Part shown: positions 1-10,357 of the stretch, in pieces
Layout: every line of letters starts with the position of its first letter
Position numbering within the stretch: position 1 is the stretch's first letter
Source: Bacilli bacterium
Lineage (GTDB): Bacteria > Bacillota_I > Bacilli_A > RFN20 > CAG-826
Reading direction: 5' to 3'
NCBI GenBank assembly: GCA_017626815.1
Contig: JAGAHY010000063.1
Location: forward strand, 1-60,574
Length of the DNA: 60,574 bases
Position numbers and translations under genes: made by a program
Notes under the pieces: model-generated
Told to the model about the DNA's origin: nothing
The model's input: only the letters and a program-made list of their open reading frames with translations
Database searches by the model: none

Positions 1-48
1 GCGCACGACGTGCTCTATCGCTCTCTTGGTCTCGATCGTGGCGGGCAT
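1..48 (-). CDS. 5' end of a gene running off the window edge (MPATIETKRAIEHVVR...)
   Basis: Minus-strand ATG at 48, GAGG SD about 8 nt upstream, TATAAT at 72-67, frame open to the edge. Confidence 0.4.
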   Translation of the reverse strand, partial: MPATIETKRAIEHVVR

Positions 49-280
49 TTTCTTTTCCTCGCGCACATTATACGCGAAAGGGCCGGAAGCTTCCACATTT
101 AAGTTACGAAAGTTTCATGTTATTTATTTACAGTTCCTTAGTATTTCCAAAAAAGGAGGGGTTTTGCAAAACTTTGTACACTGTATAGACGAATCATCCC
201 TGCCTCTAAAATATTAATATTTTAAGGAATACAATATAGGAGATACGGGCCTCGAAGCCCTGTGGAAAGGCGGCAATATT

Positions 281-3200
281 ATGGAAAACGAAGAATCTTT
301 ACTTCCTCTTAGCGAAGAGAAAATCGATGAAACCTCCCCTTACGACCGCCTTAGCGTCTCTTGCGAGATCCTCAATGAGTTTTCCTATCCTTTATATCAT
401 GTCGACGCCTTAACCCGCGCGAGCAAGGGGCTTCCTTATACCCCTTGGTCCTTTTTCCAACGCCTGGAAGTCAAAAACCCCTCAGGGGAGACTCTGCCGG
501 GCCTCATGTTGGAATTCTCCTTTGAGTCGGAGGCTTTTGGGGTGGACGACATCGTCTTGCCGCCGCTACCTTCGCCTTCTTCTTCGCTACGCTTGCCTTA
601 TTTGAAGGTGAGCCTGTCCAAACTTCCTTCTTTGACCTCGACATTACCTTCCAGTGTTACCATAAAACTCATCCGTACCGATGATGGGCGCGTCCTTTGC
701 ACGCTGACGAAGGAATTCAAAATCCTTCCCTTAGGACAATTGACCCGCGATATCAATGACGATCCACGCATTTACGCCAAATATGTCACCCCGCTGGAGC
801 CCCGCGTCAAAGAACTTGCCAACAAGGCGGTCTTATATCATGACGGCACGCCTTTTTTAGCCTACCAAAACAAAGACGCCAACGACATGCTCAAAGAGCT
901 CAAAGCCCTCTATGATGCCTGCCATGACGCGAATATCCTTTATCAGAACCCTCCCGCCGGGGAATCGGTTTTCCAGCGCCTTCGCCTTCCTAGCGAGTGC
1001 CTCCGCGACAAAAAGGCGACCTGCATCGACATGACCTTGCTTTTCGCTTCGCTTGTTTTAGAAGTGGGGTATCATCCGATTCTTGTCGTCACCAAAGACC
1101 ACGCCTTCGTCGGCGTGTTCTTGAAAAACAACGATTCCTTCCAAGGCGGCAAGACCGAAAAGGTCAATGATCTCCATTCTCGGCTTGGAGGCGGCGCGGT
1201 TTTCCTCGAGACCACGTTGCTTTGTTCGGGCAGCAGCGCACCCTTCCAAGACGCCTTAAGCCAAGGGAAGGAGCACCTCACTTTATTTGAGGATAAAGAC
1301 ATCGTCGGCATCGACGTGGCCTGGTGTCATCGTTCCACCTATGGCCCGATCCCGAGCCTAGAAGAGGAAGTGGAGCTCGTCAATTACCTCAATGCCAAGG
1401 AAATTGAGGACAAAGACCTTTCGCCCCTTCTGGTGGAAGAGCACGACAGAGTCGACACCGGATTCCATTTCGACCGCTTTGAGACGTGGAAAATCAAACT
1501 CCTCGACCTCAGCGAGAAAAACCGACTCGTCCGTTTTAACATCGATCCTTCTTCCTGCGTCCGTTTGCTTAGCGCGGATGTCATTCAAAGCCTCCTTGGC
1601 CAAGATGAGCTCCGTTTGGTTTTGCCTGACGCCCCAAACGCCGATATCGTGGCCACGTTCATGACCGTCGGCAACGACGCATTCGATGCTTACCTGCAAA
1701 CTCTTTCCTCCGATCAAATTTTGGCTTTTGGCCTAGAAAGGACCTTGCAGACCTTGCTTAAGAAGGCCAAATCCGCCGAAGAGGAAACCGGTGCCTCGCC
1801 GTTATACCTTTGCCTCGGCATGCTTTCTTATACCTCCCCAAAATCGCGGAAAAGAAGCCGCGCGCCTTTCTTGCTTTTGCCCGTTTCCATCAAGAAAACG
1901 GGGATGGGGAAAAACTACGTCCTTTCCTATGACTTGGGCGATTTGACGGTCAACGAGACCTTCTTTGAATATTACAAATCGCAGGTGGACCGTGATGCCA
2001 ATTACGCTTCCCTGTATGGTTTTAATGACCTTTCCCGCTATGGCAATTTGTCCGCCACCTTCAAGTCGATGGGGGACGATATCACCTTAGACGAGAATTT
2101 CTTCTTCCTCAGCAACGTCTCCTTCGCCCATCAGGTGATGTGGCTCGACATGGAAAAACGCAAACAAGAACTCTACGATAACCTCATCGTCAAATCCATC
2201 GTCGATTCCCGTTCCTATATCCATGAAGAGACGATCGGGGAGGACGTGAACATCGATTTGCTGGAGAATTACCGCGATTTCGCGGCGCCTTTGTATTACG
2301 ATTCGAGCCAATTGAAAGCTATTTTGGATTGCGGCGATGGCAAATCCTTCATCCTCGACGGCCCGCCGGGGACGGGCAAATCCCAAACCATCGTCAACAT
2401 GATCGCCAACGCCTTCTACCAAGGCAGGAAAGTGCTTTTCGTCGCCGAGAAAAAAGCCGCTTTGGACGTGGTCGCCGACCGTCTGCAACGCCTTGGCCTA
2501 GGCAATTATTGTCTAGAACTTCATAGTTCAAAGGCCACCAAAGGCGATTTCTTCCGGAAACTTGGCAAAGTCATGGAATTCGGGCCGACGAAGAGCCCTG
2601 AGGAATACGAGAAGCTCTGCGAGGACCTCACCGCGAGGAAAAACGCCCTCCGCGCGACTTTAGACAAGATGCATGACACCTCGACTTGCCCTTATTCCTT
2701 ATATGATTCCATCCTCGCCACGCGGGAACTCCAATACCTCAAAGACCACATCATCCCTCTAAGCGAGGAATTCGTCCGCGGCTACGACGAAGAGAAGTCG
2801 CGGCGCGTCACCCAGCTATTGGATACCTTCCAAAGTCTAAGCAAAGAGGTTCCGCATTTTGAGACATCGCCACTTCGCGCCCTAGGGAAAAAGCAACTGA
2901 GCTTCATCCTCGATAAGCCCGTCCTCCTAGAGGACTTCGCCAAGGCCGATGCTTCTTTCGACACGTTCTTCATGGCCGTCAAAGCCTTCTTCTCCCGCCT
3001 TCCCTTTAAGGTGGAGATGAACCTTAAAAACATTGATTCGATGCTGGTTTTATTCCATTATGCCTATGAGGAGAAACTACTCCGCTCGGGCATGGACGCC
3101 TTCCTTCGCGGCAGCGCCGACCTCGAGGAGGCCTTGAAGAAAGCAAAACAGTTTAAGGACCATATCGCCTCGCTAGAAAAGCGTATGGACGCCTTGGCTA

Positions 3201-6043
3201 TCCTGGAAAACCTTGATGTCCAATCTTTGGTTTCCTCCTTCCGTAACGCGAATGGCATTTTCAAACGCCACGCCGTCTATAAGAACATCAAGGCGGAACT
3301 AACCCCCTATGTTCATGAAAACATCAGCGCCGAATCCTTAGGCAACCTAATGCTCGTCCTCGAGGATTTAAGTCGCCGTTACAAAGAACTCTCTTCCCTC
3401 GACGAAACGTTCCATTCCTATACCGGCAAAAATGCCTTCGCCGTCATCAAAGAATACGAGGAAATCCTCGCTTCCTACGAAAAGACCGATGAATATTTGC
3501 GGCTAAGCAACGAATTCGCCCGCTCCACCGCGGAATTTTTCGAGGCCACCTTATATTTCCTTTCCTTGGCGAAGACCCAAGATGTCGGCAACAAGATTTC
3601 CTATGATTCCTTAAAAGCGGCCCGCGAAGAATTCCAAGCCACCTTGGACCTGCTGCGGCAGAAGTACCTCCTGCGCGAAGAGATTCTGTCCAAAGGCGAC
3701 TATTTCACCAACCTCAAGTCGCTTCTTGCTTATGCCAAAGACGGTCGTCATTACGAAGAGGTCGTCTCCCTCATCAACGTCAATAAACTCGACGACGGCT
3801 TTGCGGAAGAAGGCCTTTCCGCCCTCCGCGACAAAGTCCTTTTCGGGGAGATCGCCAGCGAGGAAATGGCCGATTTACTCAAGCTTAGTCTGTGCGAGGA
3901 AAGTCTGCGCATCTATTTCGCGGATGAGGATGTCAATTCCTTCTCTTCGGCCTATTTCAATGACCAAATCGAGGCTTATAAGAAAGCCATCGACGAATAT
4001 AGCAAGGTCTGCGTGGAGGCGATTTCCGCGAAAATCTCTGCAAAATTCGCCCGAAATGATATGAATTACGCCCCAAGCGGGGCCATCGGCACCTTGCGCA
4101 GATTCTGCGCCAATAACGGTAGGGGGCTATCCATCCGCCGCGCTTTAACCGATTATGGCGAGGCGATTTTGGAATACCTCCCTTGCTTCTTGATGTCGCC
4201 ACTAAGCGCCGCGCAATACCTTTCCGTCGATAGCAAAGACAGTGCCTTTAATAAGTTCGACATCGTCATCTTCGACGAAGCCTCCCAGATCCCGACCCAT
4301 GAAGCCATCGGCCCCATCGCCAGGGGCAAATCCCTCATCGTCGCCGGCGACCCCAAACAGATGCCGCCTTCGCCATATTTCTCCGCAGGCTTGCAAATCG
4401 TCGATGATGATGAAGAGAATGATCTTGGCGCCTTCGCCGACTCGCCTTCGCTTTTAGACGAATGCCTGGCCATCTCTTTGCCGCGCCATCGCCTCAATTA
4501 CCATTACCGCAGCAAACACGAATCCTTAATCGAGTTCTCCAACGCCAATTTCTACCATGGCGGGCTTTATACCTTCCCTTCCTCCTCCACCAACGAAAGC
4601 GAAGTGCGGTTTGAGTTCGTCAAACCTAAGGTGGCGAAAAAGGATTCCTCCCTGAGCAATGAGGAAAAAGAGGCGATCCTGGATATCTTCAAAGACATCT
4701 ACACTTCGCCAAAGACGAAGATGCGCTCCCTCGGCGTCATCTGTTTCAATATCACCCAAGCCGAGAAAGTCAATGACGCCATCAGCGCCCTTCTTTCCCA
4801 AAACCCGCAGCTAAACGAAGCCTATGAGGCCGCCAAAAACAAAACCGGCGAACCTTATTTCGTCAAATCCATCGAGAACGTCCAAGGGGACGAACGCGAT
4901 ATCATCATCCTTTCCATCGGCTTTAGCCTAGGCAAAGACGGGCATCCCGTCATCCGCGGGCCGCTTGTGGCCGGGGACAACAATGGCTCCCGCCGCCTTA
5001 ATGTTGCCGCCAGTAGGGCGAAAGAAAGGATGTATATCGTCTCCACCATCAAATCCAGCCAGTTCCTTCCCGATTCCGAGATTAAAAACCCCGGCGCCAA
5101 ATGCCTCAAGAACTTCCTTAAATACGCGGAAGAAAGCGCCAATGGCGCGCTTAAAACCAGACGTTTGCCGCAGTCAAGTTTGCTGACTTACCTCAAGGCG
5201 GACTTAGAAAAGCGCGGTTATATCTGCCAAAGCAACGTCGGTAACGGCTGCTTCGCCGTCGACCTTGCCCTCCGCAAGCTGGAGCAAGACCATTATGAAC
5301 TTGGCATCATTTTTGATGAACGTGGATTATCCTCATCCATCACTTGCCGCGACAAACTCTACGTCCAAGAAAGCGTCCTCAACGCGATGAAATGGAAAAT
5401 CCTCCGTGTCTATGGGTTGGAGTATTTCAAGATGCCAAAGGCCACATTGGAGAAAATTGATCAGGCTTTTGCGGCGGATTATGTCCAAATCGAGCATCGT
5501 CTCGATGTGCAATTGCAGCAGGAAGACGCCTCCGTCCTCGGCGACGCCTATGGGGCGAAGGATTTCAAGTTGCCCGCTATCGTGCCGCTATATTATGATT
5601 CCGAATACGGCTTTGACCCGAGCATCGTCGAGATCATCGACGCCTTAATCACCGAAACTTCGCCGATTTCCTATAACCTTATCCGCGCCTATATCGCCTC
5701 CTGCGCCGACTTCCATCAGTTCAATCCCGAACGCGAAAAGCGCCTCAAAGCCATCCTCAACCAGCATTTCTACACCCGCCGCAAAGCGGAACAAGGCCAG
5801 TATTTCTATTACGCGGATGAAGAGATGAAGGTCTTTGGCTTCCGCAAGGCCGGCATCCGCGAGATCGAGGACATCTGCGATGAGGAAATCGTGTTGGCCA
5901 TGAACGCCATCCTCGAACGCGACCCCGGCATCACCCAAGATGACCTTTACCACCAATTGATGCTCGCCTTCGCCTTCAAGACGCACGCGCTGACGCGCAT
6001 CTATAAAGAACGCTTTGACTTAGCCTACCGTTCTTTAAGATAA
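281..6043 (+). CDS. DUF4011-domain SF1 (DNA2/NAM7-like) helicase with N-terminal transglutaminase-like region, C-terminal Vsr/MTES_1575-like domain and DUF3320-like tail; Hhe-type defence helicase
   Basis: ATCIDMTLLFAS...HAFVG (Cys/His); WKIKLLDLSEKNRL (DUF4011 start); GPPGTGKSQT; VAEKKAAL; DEASQ; GDPKQMPP; HYRS; ENVQGDERD; RLNVAASRAK; VDLAL...LGIIFD...WKILRV. Confidence 0.85.
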   Translation: MENEESLLPLSEEKIDETSPYDRLSVSCEILNEFSYPLYHVDALTRASKGLPYTPWSFFQRLEVKNPSGETLPGLMLEFSFESEAFGVDDIVLPPLPSPSSSLRLPYLKVSLSKLPSLTSTLPSSVTIKLIRTDDGRVLCTLTKEFKILPLGQLTRDINDDPRIYAKYVTPLEPRVKELANKAVLYHDGTPFLAYQNKDANDMLKELKALYDACHDANILYQNPPAGESVFQRLRLPSECLRDKKATCIDMTLLFASLVLEVGYHPILVVTKDHAFVGVFLKNNDSFQGGKTEKVNDLHSRLGGGAVFLETTLLCSGSSAPFQDALSQGKEHLTLFEDKDIVGIDVAWCHRSTYGPIPSLEEEVELVNYLNAKEIEDKDLSPLLVEEHDRVDTGFHFDRFETWKIKLLDLSEKNRLVRFNIDPSSCVRLLSADVIQSLLGQDELRLVLPDAPNADIVATFMTVGNDAFDAYLQTLSSDQILAFGLERTLQTLLKKAKSAEEETGASPLYLCLGMLSYTSPKSRKRSRAPFLLLPVSIKKTGMGKNYVLSYDLGDLTVNETFFEYYKSQVDRDANYASLYGFNDLSRYGNLSATFKSMGDDITLDENFFFLSNVSFAHQVMWLDMEKRKQELYDNLIVKSIVDSRSYIHEETIGEDVNIDLLENYRDFAAPLYYDSSQLKAILDCGDGKSFILDGPPGTGKSQTIVNMIANAFYQGRKVLFVAEKKAALDVVADRLQRLGLGNYCLELHSSKATKGDFFRKLGKVMEFGPTKSPEEYEKLCEDLTARKNALRATLDKMHDTSTCPYSLYDSILATRELQYLKDHIIPLSEEFVRGYDEEKSRRVTQLLDTFQSLSKEVPHFETSPLRALGKKQLSFILDKPVLLEDFAKADASFDTFFMAVKAFFSRLPFKVEMNLKNIDSMLVLFHYAYEEKLLRSGMDAFLRGSADLEEALKKAKQFKDHIASLEKRMDALAILENLDVQSLVSSFRNANGIFKRHAVYKNIKAELTPYVHENISAESLGNLMLVLEDLSRRYKELSSLDETFHSYTGKNAFAVIKEYEEILASYEKTDEYLRLSNEFARSTAEFFEATLYFLSLAKTQDVGNKISYDSLKAAREEFQATLDLLRQKYLLREEILSKGDYFTNLKSLLAYAKDGRHYEEVVSLINVNKLDDGFAEEGLSALRDKVLFGEIASEEMADLLKLSLCEESLRIYFADEDVNSFSSAYFNDQIEAYKKAIDEYSKVCVEAISAKISAKFARNDMNYAPSGAIGTLRRFCANNGRGLSIRRALTDYGEAILEYLPCFLMSPLSAAQYLSVDSKDSAFNKFDIVIFDEASQIPTHEAIGPIARGKSLIVAGDPKQMPPSPYFSAGLQIVDDDEENDLGAFADSPSLLDECLAISLPRHRLNYHYRSKHESLIEFSNANFYHGGLYTFPSSSTNESEVRFEFVKPKVAKKDSSLSNEEKEAILDIFKDIYTSPKTKMRSLGVICFNITQAEKVNDAISALLSQNPQLNEAYEAAKNKTGEPYFVKSIENVQGDERDIIILSIGFSLGKDGHPVIRGPLVAGDNNGSRRLNVAASRAKERMYIVSTIKSSQFLPDSEIKNPGAKCLKNFLKYAEESANGALKTRRLPQSSLLTYLKADLEKRGYICQSNVGNGCFAVDLALRKLEQDHYELGIIFDERGLSSSITCRDKLYVQESVLNAMKWKILRVYGLEYFKMPKATLEKIDQAFAADYVQIEHRLDVQLQQEDASVLGDAYGAKDFKLPAIVPLYYDSEYGFDPSIVEIIDALITETSPISYNLIRAYIASCADFHQFNPEREKRLKAILNQHFYTRRKAEQGQYFYYADEEMKVFGFRKAGIREIEDICDEEIVLAMNAILERDPGITQDDLYHQLMLAFAFKTHALTRIYKERFDLAYRSLR

Positions 6044-6051
6044 TACCGACT

Positions 6052-7362
6052 ATGGAACGCACATCTTCCCGATTGAAAGCCGGCGCCGCCATGTACAAAC
6101 AAACGTATATGGCCGTTACCGCCGAGGAAAGCAAGAAACTGATTCCCATCGAATACCCCAATAAGGTCACCAAATCGTTTTTCGTCGGCATCAAAAAGAG
6201 CCAAACCAAATGCGATGCCATCATCAAGGAAGTGACTTTTTTCCGGAAAGTCGACGGCTATAAGAACGTCAATAACAAGAAATACCGCATCTATTCCGCC
6301 GTCCAGACCAAGGAGAGGGAGATATTGATTCCTTTTTTCGCGACCGGCGCCTTCTTCCGCAGTCTCCCCAATCACCCTAATCCCACGTTGGCCGAGAACG
6401 CTTTGGCCATCGTCTCTTGTTTCGATGACCCTTTCCTTTATCCCCTTTACGCGCAGAAGAAATTCTTAGAACTCATCCATGAAGCGCGCATCAAGGAAAT
6501 CCGCAGCAACGCCGATGAGACGGCCAAAACCGATGCGGCCTTGGTGGAAAAGCTGCAAAGCGAATCCGCCAACAACACCCTCCTCATCCAAGAATACGAA
6601 AAGCAGTGGGACGTCTACCTCGAAAAGCAGTTCCGGGACATCGGCAAATTCGTCGATTATGGCTTTTTGCCCCATAAGAGGCTCAAAACCGTCTTAAGCT
6701 TTGGCCTATACCGTCCCTCTAACATCGCCAAAGGAAGTAGCCTCAAAGCCTATAAGAAGCAATTGAAGCTCGATGAAATCGATGGCCTCCTTTACCAAGC
6801 CATCCTCGACCATCACTGGTATAGCGATGAGCTTTGCCGCCAACGCCACGTCCAAGAACGCAACCTCGCCAAGCAAAAATACGACTTTGACCAAGAGCAG
6901 GCCCAATACGCCTTCGACTGTGCCAATCTTGGCGACCGTCTCAAAGACCCTAAGCCCAACGAGGATGTCGCGCCGCCAGAATTCCCTTACGACAAAGCCG
7001 AATATGAATTCGAGCTTCCCGAAAACCTCGTCGAGGAACAAGAAGGCATCGATTTCCTTCCCTTTGAGGACCCCAGTTTCTTCCAATACGAGGGGCTTTC
7101 GGTCGTCGGCATCGCCCTCATCCAGAACCTCGATGAACGATCTTATTGCATTGGCATCAGTTTCGACCTCGGCCTATCGATGCACAAAATCTTCGATAAA
7201 AACGGCTCTTTTGTGGAGCAAGGCCTAAGTTTGCAGCTCCGTAAAGCGGGTGGTTTATCCCATTTCCGCCTCGCGGTGAAGCCTTGCTATAGCAAAGAAG
7301 AACTCTACGATTCCTATTGCCGATTGCATAAAGCCTACCATGCGCGGTACATCACCTTATGA
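6052..7362 (+). CDS. Hypothetical protein with central helical/coiled-coil region and degenerate GIY-YIG-like C-terminal domain
   Basis: 436-aa ORF 8 nt after the helicase stop, overlapping the truB start (ATGA); C-terminus VGIALIQNLDERSYCIGISFDL...FRLAVKPCYSKEEL. Confidence 0.6.
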   Translation: MERTSSRLKAGAAMYKQTYMAVTAEESKKLIPIEYPNKVTKSFFVGIKKSQTKCDAIIKEVTFFRKVDGYKNVNNKKYRIYSAVQTKEREILIPFFATGAFFRSLPNHPNPTLAENALAIVSCFDDPFLYPLYAQKKFLELIHEARIKEIRSNADETAKTDAALVEKLQSESANNTLLIQEYEKQWDVYLEKQFRDIGKFVDYGFLPHKRLKTVLSFGLYRPSNIAKGSSLKAYKKQLKLDEIDGLLYQAILDHHWYSDELCRQRHVQERNLAKQKYDFDQEQAQYAFDCANLGDRLKDPKPNEDVAPPEFPYDKAEYEFELPENLVEEQEGIDFLPFEDPSFFQYEGLSVVGIALIQNLDERSYCIGISFDLGLSMHKIFDKNGSFVEQGLSLQLRKAGGLSHFRLAVKPCYSKEELYDSYCRLHKAYHARYITL

Positions 7363-8207
7363 CGAATATGGACGACGGACTATTGCTCATCGATAAAGAA
7401 GAAGGCGTCACCAGCCGTTACGTGGATAATGCCATCCAGCGCCTTTTCCATACCCGCAAAGTCGGGCATTTGGGCACTCTCGACCCCTTTGCCACGGGGC
7501 TTTTGATCGTCGCGGTCAACAAAGCCACAAAATACCTCCAATTCCTCCCCGATGAGGAAAAGACGTACCAAGCGCGGCTGATTTTAGGCAAAAAGACGGC
7601 TACCGGCGATAAAACTGGCGAGGTCATTGATGAATGCGACGTCCCTAACCTTGACCAGACGCGGATCCAAGACGTCCTTTCTTCCTTCCTTGGGGAATCA
7701 ACGCAAATCCCCCCGATGACTTCGGCCATCAAAATCGATGGGGTGGCCTTGTATAAATTGGCTCATAAAGGGAAGGAAATCGAGCGTCAGCCGCGGCTGG
7801 TTTCCATCCATGAGATTTCCTTACTCCATTATGAAGGCAATATCATCGATTTCCGCGCCAAAGTCTCTAAAGGCACCTATATCCGGACGTTGGGTGAAGA
7901 TATCGCCTCCGCGCTAGGGACGGTTGGCTATTTGGAGTCCTTACGCCGCCTTGAGGTGGGCAATATCACCCTGGAAGGGGCCAAAAAACTTTCCGAAGTG
8001 GATTCTTCCTGCTTCAAAGAGCCTTCGTCCTTTGTCGTTTATCCGCGTATCCACCTTCCTTTCTCTCTAGGCGTCAAGGCCCGTAATGGGGTGAAACTGA
8101 CCTTAGATAGCGACGCGGAGAAAGTCCTCCTCGAGGACGAACAAGGCGTCATCGCCATCTACGAAAAAGAAGGGCAGGGGCAATATCATTGCCTGCGGGG
8201 GTTATGA
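7359..8207 (+). CDS. truB: tRNA pseudouridine(55) synthase
   Basis: KVGHLGTLDPFATGLL, QIPPMTSAIK, SKGTYIRTL; adjacent to ribF. Confidence 0.97.
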   Translation: MTNMDDGLLLIDKEEGVTSRYVDNAIQRLFHTRKVGHLGTLDPFATGLLIVAVNKATKYLQFLPDEEKTYQARLILGKKTATGDKTGEVIDECDVPNLDQTRIQDVLSSFLGESTQIPPMTSAIKIDGVALYKLAHKGKEIERQPRLVSIHEISLLHYEGNIIDFRAKVSKGTYIRTLGEDIASALGTVGYLESLRRLEVGNITLEGAKKLSEVDSSCFKEPSSFVVYPRIHLPFSLGVKARNGVKLTLDSDAEKVLLEDEQGVIAIYEKEGQGQYHCLRGL

Positions 8208-9088
8208 TGGAAACCTTGCGCTTTACGTTATCTTCCCTCCCCGAAAAAGAGGAGAACTTATCCTTGGCTTTAGGCAACTTCGATGGCTGCCACAAGGGCC
8301 ATCAACGCCTCTTCGTGGAGACAAGTCTGCACGCGAAAGGGGTAGCCGCGGCCTTGTTTTTCTCTTCACCCTTCCAAAAAGGACCCTACTTAAGTAACGT
8401 CGAGGATAAGGTCCGTTACGCCTTAGTAAGCCGCCTCGACCGGCTTTACGTCCTCGAAAACGAGGCTTCTTTATTTGAATTGACCCCAGAAGAATTCATC
8501 CAGAAAGTCCTGCTTCCCTTAGGCACCAAGCGCGTGGTAGTAGGGGAGGATTTCCGTTTTGGCAAAGGGGGTCTAGGCACGCCAAAGACCTTAGAGGATT
8601 ATTTCGATGTCGACATCGTCCCTTTGCTTTACCAAGAGGAACGGAAAGTCTCTTCCTCTTCCATCAAGGAATTCTTGTCGTTAGGGCAGGTCGGCAAAGC
8701 TCGCGAATACCTCGGCAGGAGCTATGAAATCTCCGGCAAAGTGGTGACGGGTCTCCATAATGGCGAGAAACTTGGCTATCCAACGGCGAATATCGGCCTA
8801 TCCTTCGATTACCTATTGCCCCGTCCTGGCGTCTACGCGGGTTTCATCTATATCGGGGGCATCGCCCATAAGGCCATGATCAATGTCGGCGATAACCCCA
8901 CCATCGGCAAACTCGACCACCCCATCGTGGAAGTCCATATCCTCGATTATGACGAGGATTGTTATGGGCGGTTTGTCTATGTCGGTTTCCTCGCCTATAT
9001 CCGCGAGGAAATCAAATTCGCCTCTTTAGAGGAACTAAAAAAGCAGCTTCGCGTCGACGAAATTAACGTCCGCAAAGCCCTGAGCTAA
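8204..9088 (+). CDS. ribF: Bifunctional riboflavin kinase/FAD synthetase
   Basis: LGNFDGCHKGHQ, VGEDFRFG, LGYPTAN, GVY, EVHILD; start placed at the ATG overlapping the truB stop. Confidence 0.95.
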   Translation: MMETLRFTLSSLPEKEENLSLALGNFDGCHKGHQRLFVETSLHAKGVAAALFFSSPFQKGPYLSNVEDKVRYALVSRLDRLYVLENEASLFELTPEEFIQKVLLPLGTKRVVVGEDFRFGKGGLGTPKTLEDYFDVDIVPLLYQEERKVSSSSIKEFLSLGQVGKAREYLGRSYEISGKVVTGLHNGEKLGYPTANIGLSFDYLLPRPGVYAGFIYIGGIAHKAMINVGDNPTIGKLDHPIVEVHILDYDEDCYGRFVYVGFLAYIREEIKFASLEELKKQLRVDEINVRKALS

Positions 9089-10176
9089 GCTTTCTTTTCT
9101 TCGATTCCTATCCGCGGCGGCTCTTCTTTGGTGAAGGCCTTCACCGCGCTTTTGCCAAGGCACTTCAACACGAACTGGAAGAATTTCTTGTCGCTTTCGT
9201 CGAGAATTCGGTACTGGTGGAACAAGGGCCCGATTTGGCCTAAGAAAGACTTGAAGAAGCGGGTGAAGTTGGTGACGTCCATCTTGCCTAAGGCGCGGAA
9301 AAGAATATCGGAGAAACGCTTCTTTTCCTCGTCGCTAAGGCCGTTGACCCAGCCATTGAAGGCGCGGTCGACGTATTTGGAGGTCAAGGTGCGTTTTTTC
9401 AGGTACACGAAATCGTCGTCCTTGATGACCCAGGAGAAGGGGTTATGCTGCAATACCCCAAAACCCGTAGAACGGATGATGTTCATCTTGGCTTCATCTT
9501 CGAAGACGATACCCACGATGGAACATTGGGGAACGTATTTATGATGCTTGGCTAACCGCGCCTTCTTGCCCGCGAAGATATCCTTTTCGTGGAAGCCGGG
9601 GCCTTCGAAGGAATAGGCTCCCTCGATGCGTTCGACGGATTTGGCCTTGGCTAAGACGTAAGTCGCGATGTTGCCTCCTTTGGAATGGCCCGCGAGGATG
9701 ATGGGCTCACGATATTTGGCGTGGACGTGGTTAAAGAACTTCAAGGCCAAAGAATAAGAGGCGATCTCGTCGCTATAGGACATCATGAAATCTTCTTTCC
9801 AACCTTCGTAACTAGGGTCGGTGCCTTCATAGGCGATGAGGATGCGACCATCGATGCGGAAGGCCATCGCGGAGAACTGGACCGCTTTCTCGCGGTCCTT
9901 GGCGGCTTCGTATTCCAGCAATTCGACATCTTTATAACGGGGGCATCTGGCCATGGAACGGACGAAGATGACGGACTTATCGGGCATGAAGGATTCCTCG
10001 AAGGCGTCTTCTTTCTTGTAGTAGGGCAGATAAGCGATTTGGGGTAATGGGAAAGGCAGCGTCAGCGGCGCGTAGTCCCCATAGGTGAACCAAGCGAAAG
10101 CCAGGATGTCGAGGACCCCAAGAGGCAACTCATCGAAACCTCTTTTTTGCTTTTGAATGTAGCCCATTAGTTCCAT
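9085..10176 (-). CDS. DUF2974/Mbeg1-like alpha/beta hydrolase (lipase-like)
   Basis: QFSAM, YEGTD...GWKEDF, GHSKGG nucleophile elbow, FEGPG; start re-placed at ATG 10176, 8 nt after TACAAT. Confidence 0.85.
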   Translation of the reverse strand: MELMGYIQKQKRGFDELPLGVLDILAFAWFTYGDYAPLTLPFPLPQIAYLPYYKKEDAFEESFMPDKSVIFVRSMARCPRYKDVELLEYEAAKDREKAVQFSAMAFRIDGRILIAYEGTDPSYEGWKEDFMMSYSDEIASYSLALKFFNHVHAKYREPIILAGHSKGGNIATYVLAKAKSVERIEGAYSFEGPGFHEKDIFAGKKARLAKHHKYVPQCSIVGIVFEDEAKMNIIRSTGFGVLQHNPFSWVIKDDDFVYLKKRTLTSKYVDRAFNGWVNGLSDEEKKRFSDILFRALGKMDVTNFTRFFKSFLGQIGPLFHQYRILDESDKKFFQFVLKCLGKSAVKAFTKEEPPRIGIEEKKA

Positions 10177-10304
10177 ACACCCATATTGTATGCCCGCGTG
10201 AAAATAAGGACAACGAAAGCCAAGCAAAAAAGGGAAAAGTGCCCTAGAAAATCCAAAATATTGCCTTTTTGCTGGCGATTATTGGAAATTTGCAGACCTT
10301 TTGC

Positions 10305-10346
10305 AAAAAAAGAAAACCGTCGCTATCCTTAGCGGGTGACGACGGT
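10305..10346 (-). terminator. Probable intrinsic terminator of typA
   Basis: ACCGTCG/CGACGGT stem followed by a U-rich run on the minus strand. Confidence 0.6.
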
Positions 10347-10357
10347 CAGTGAACTCT

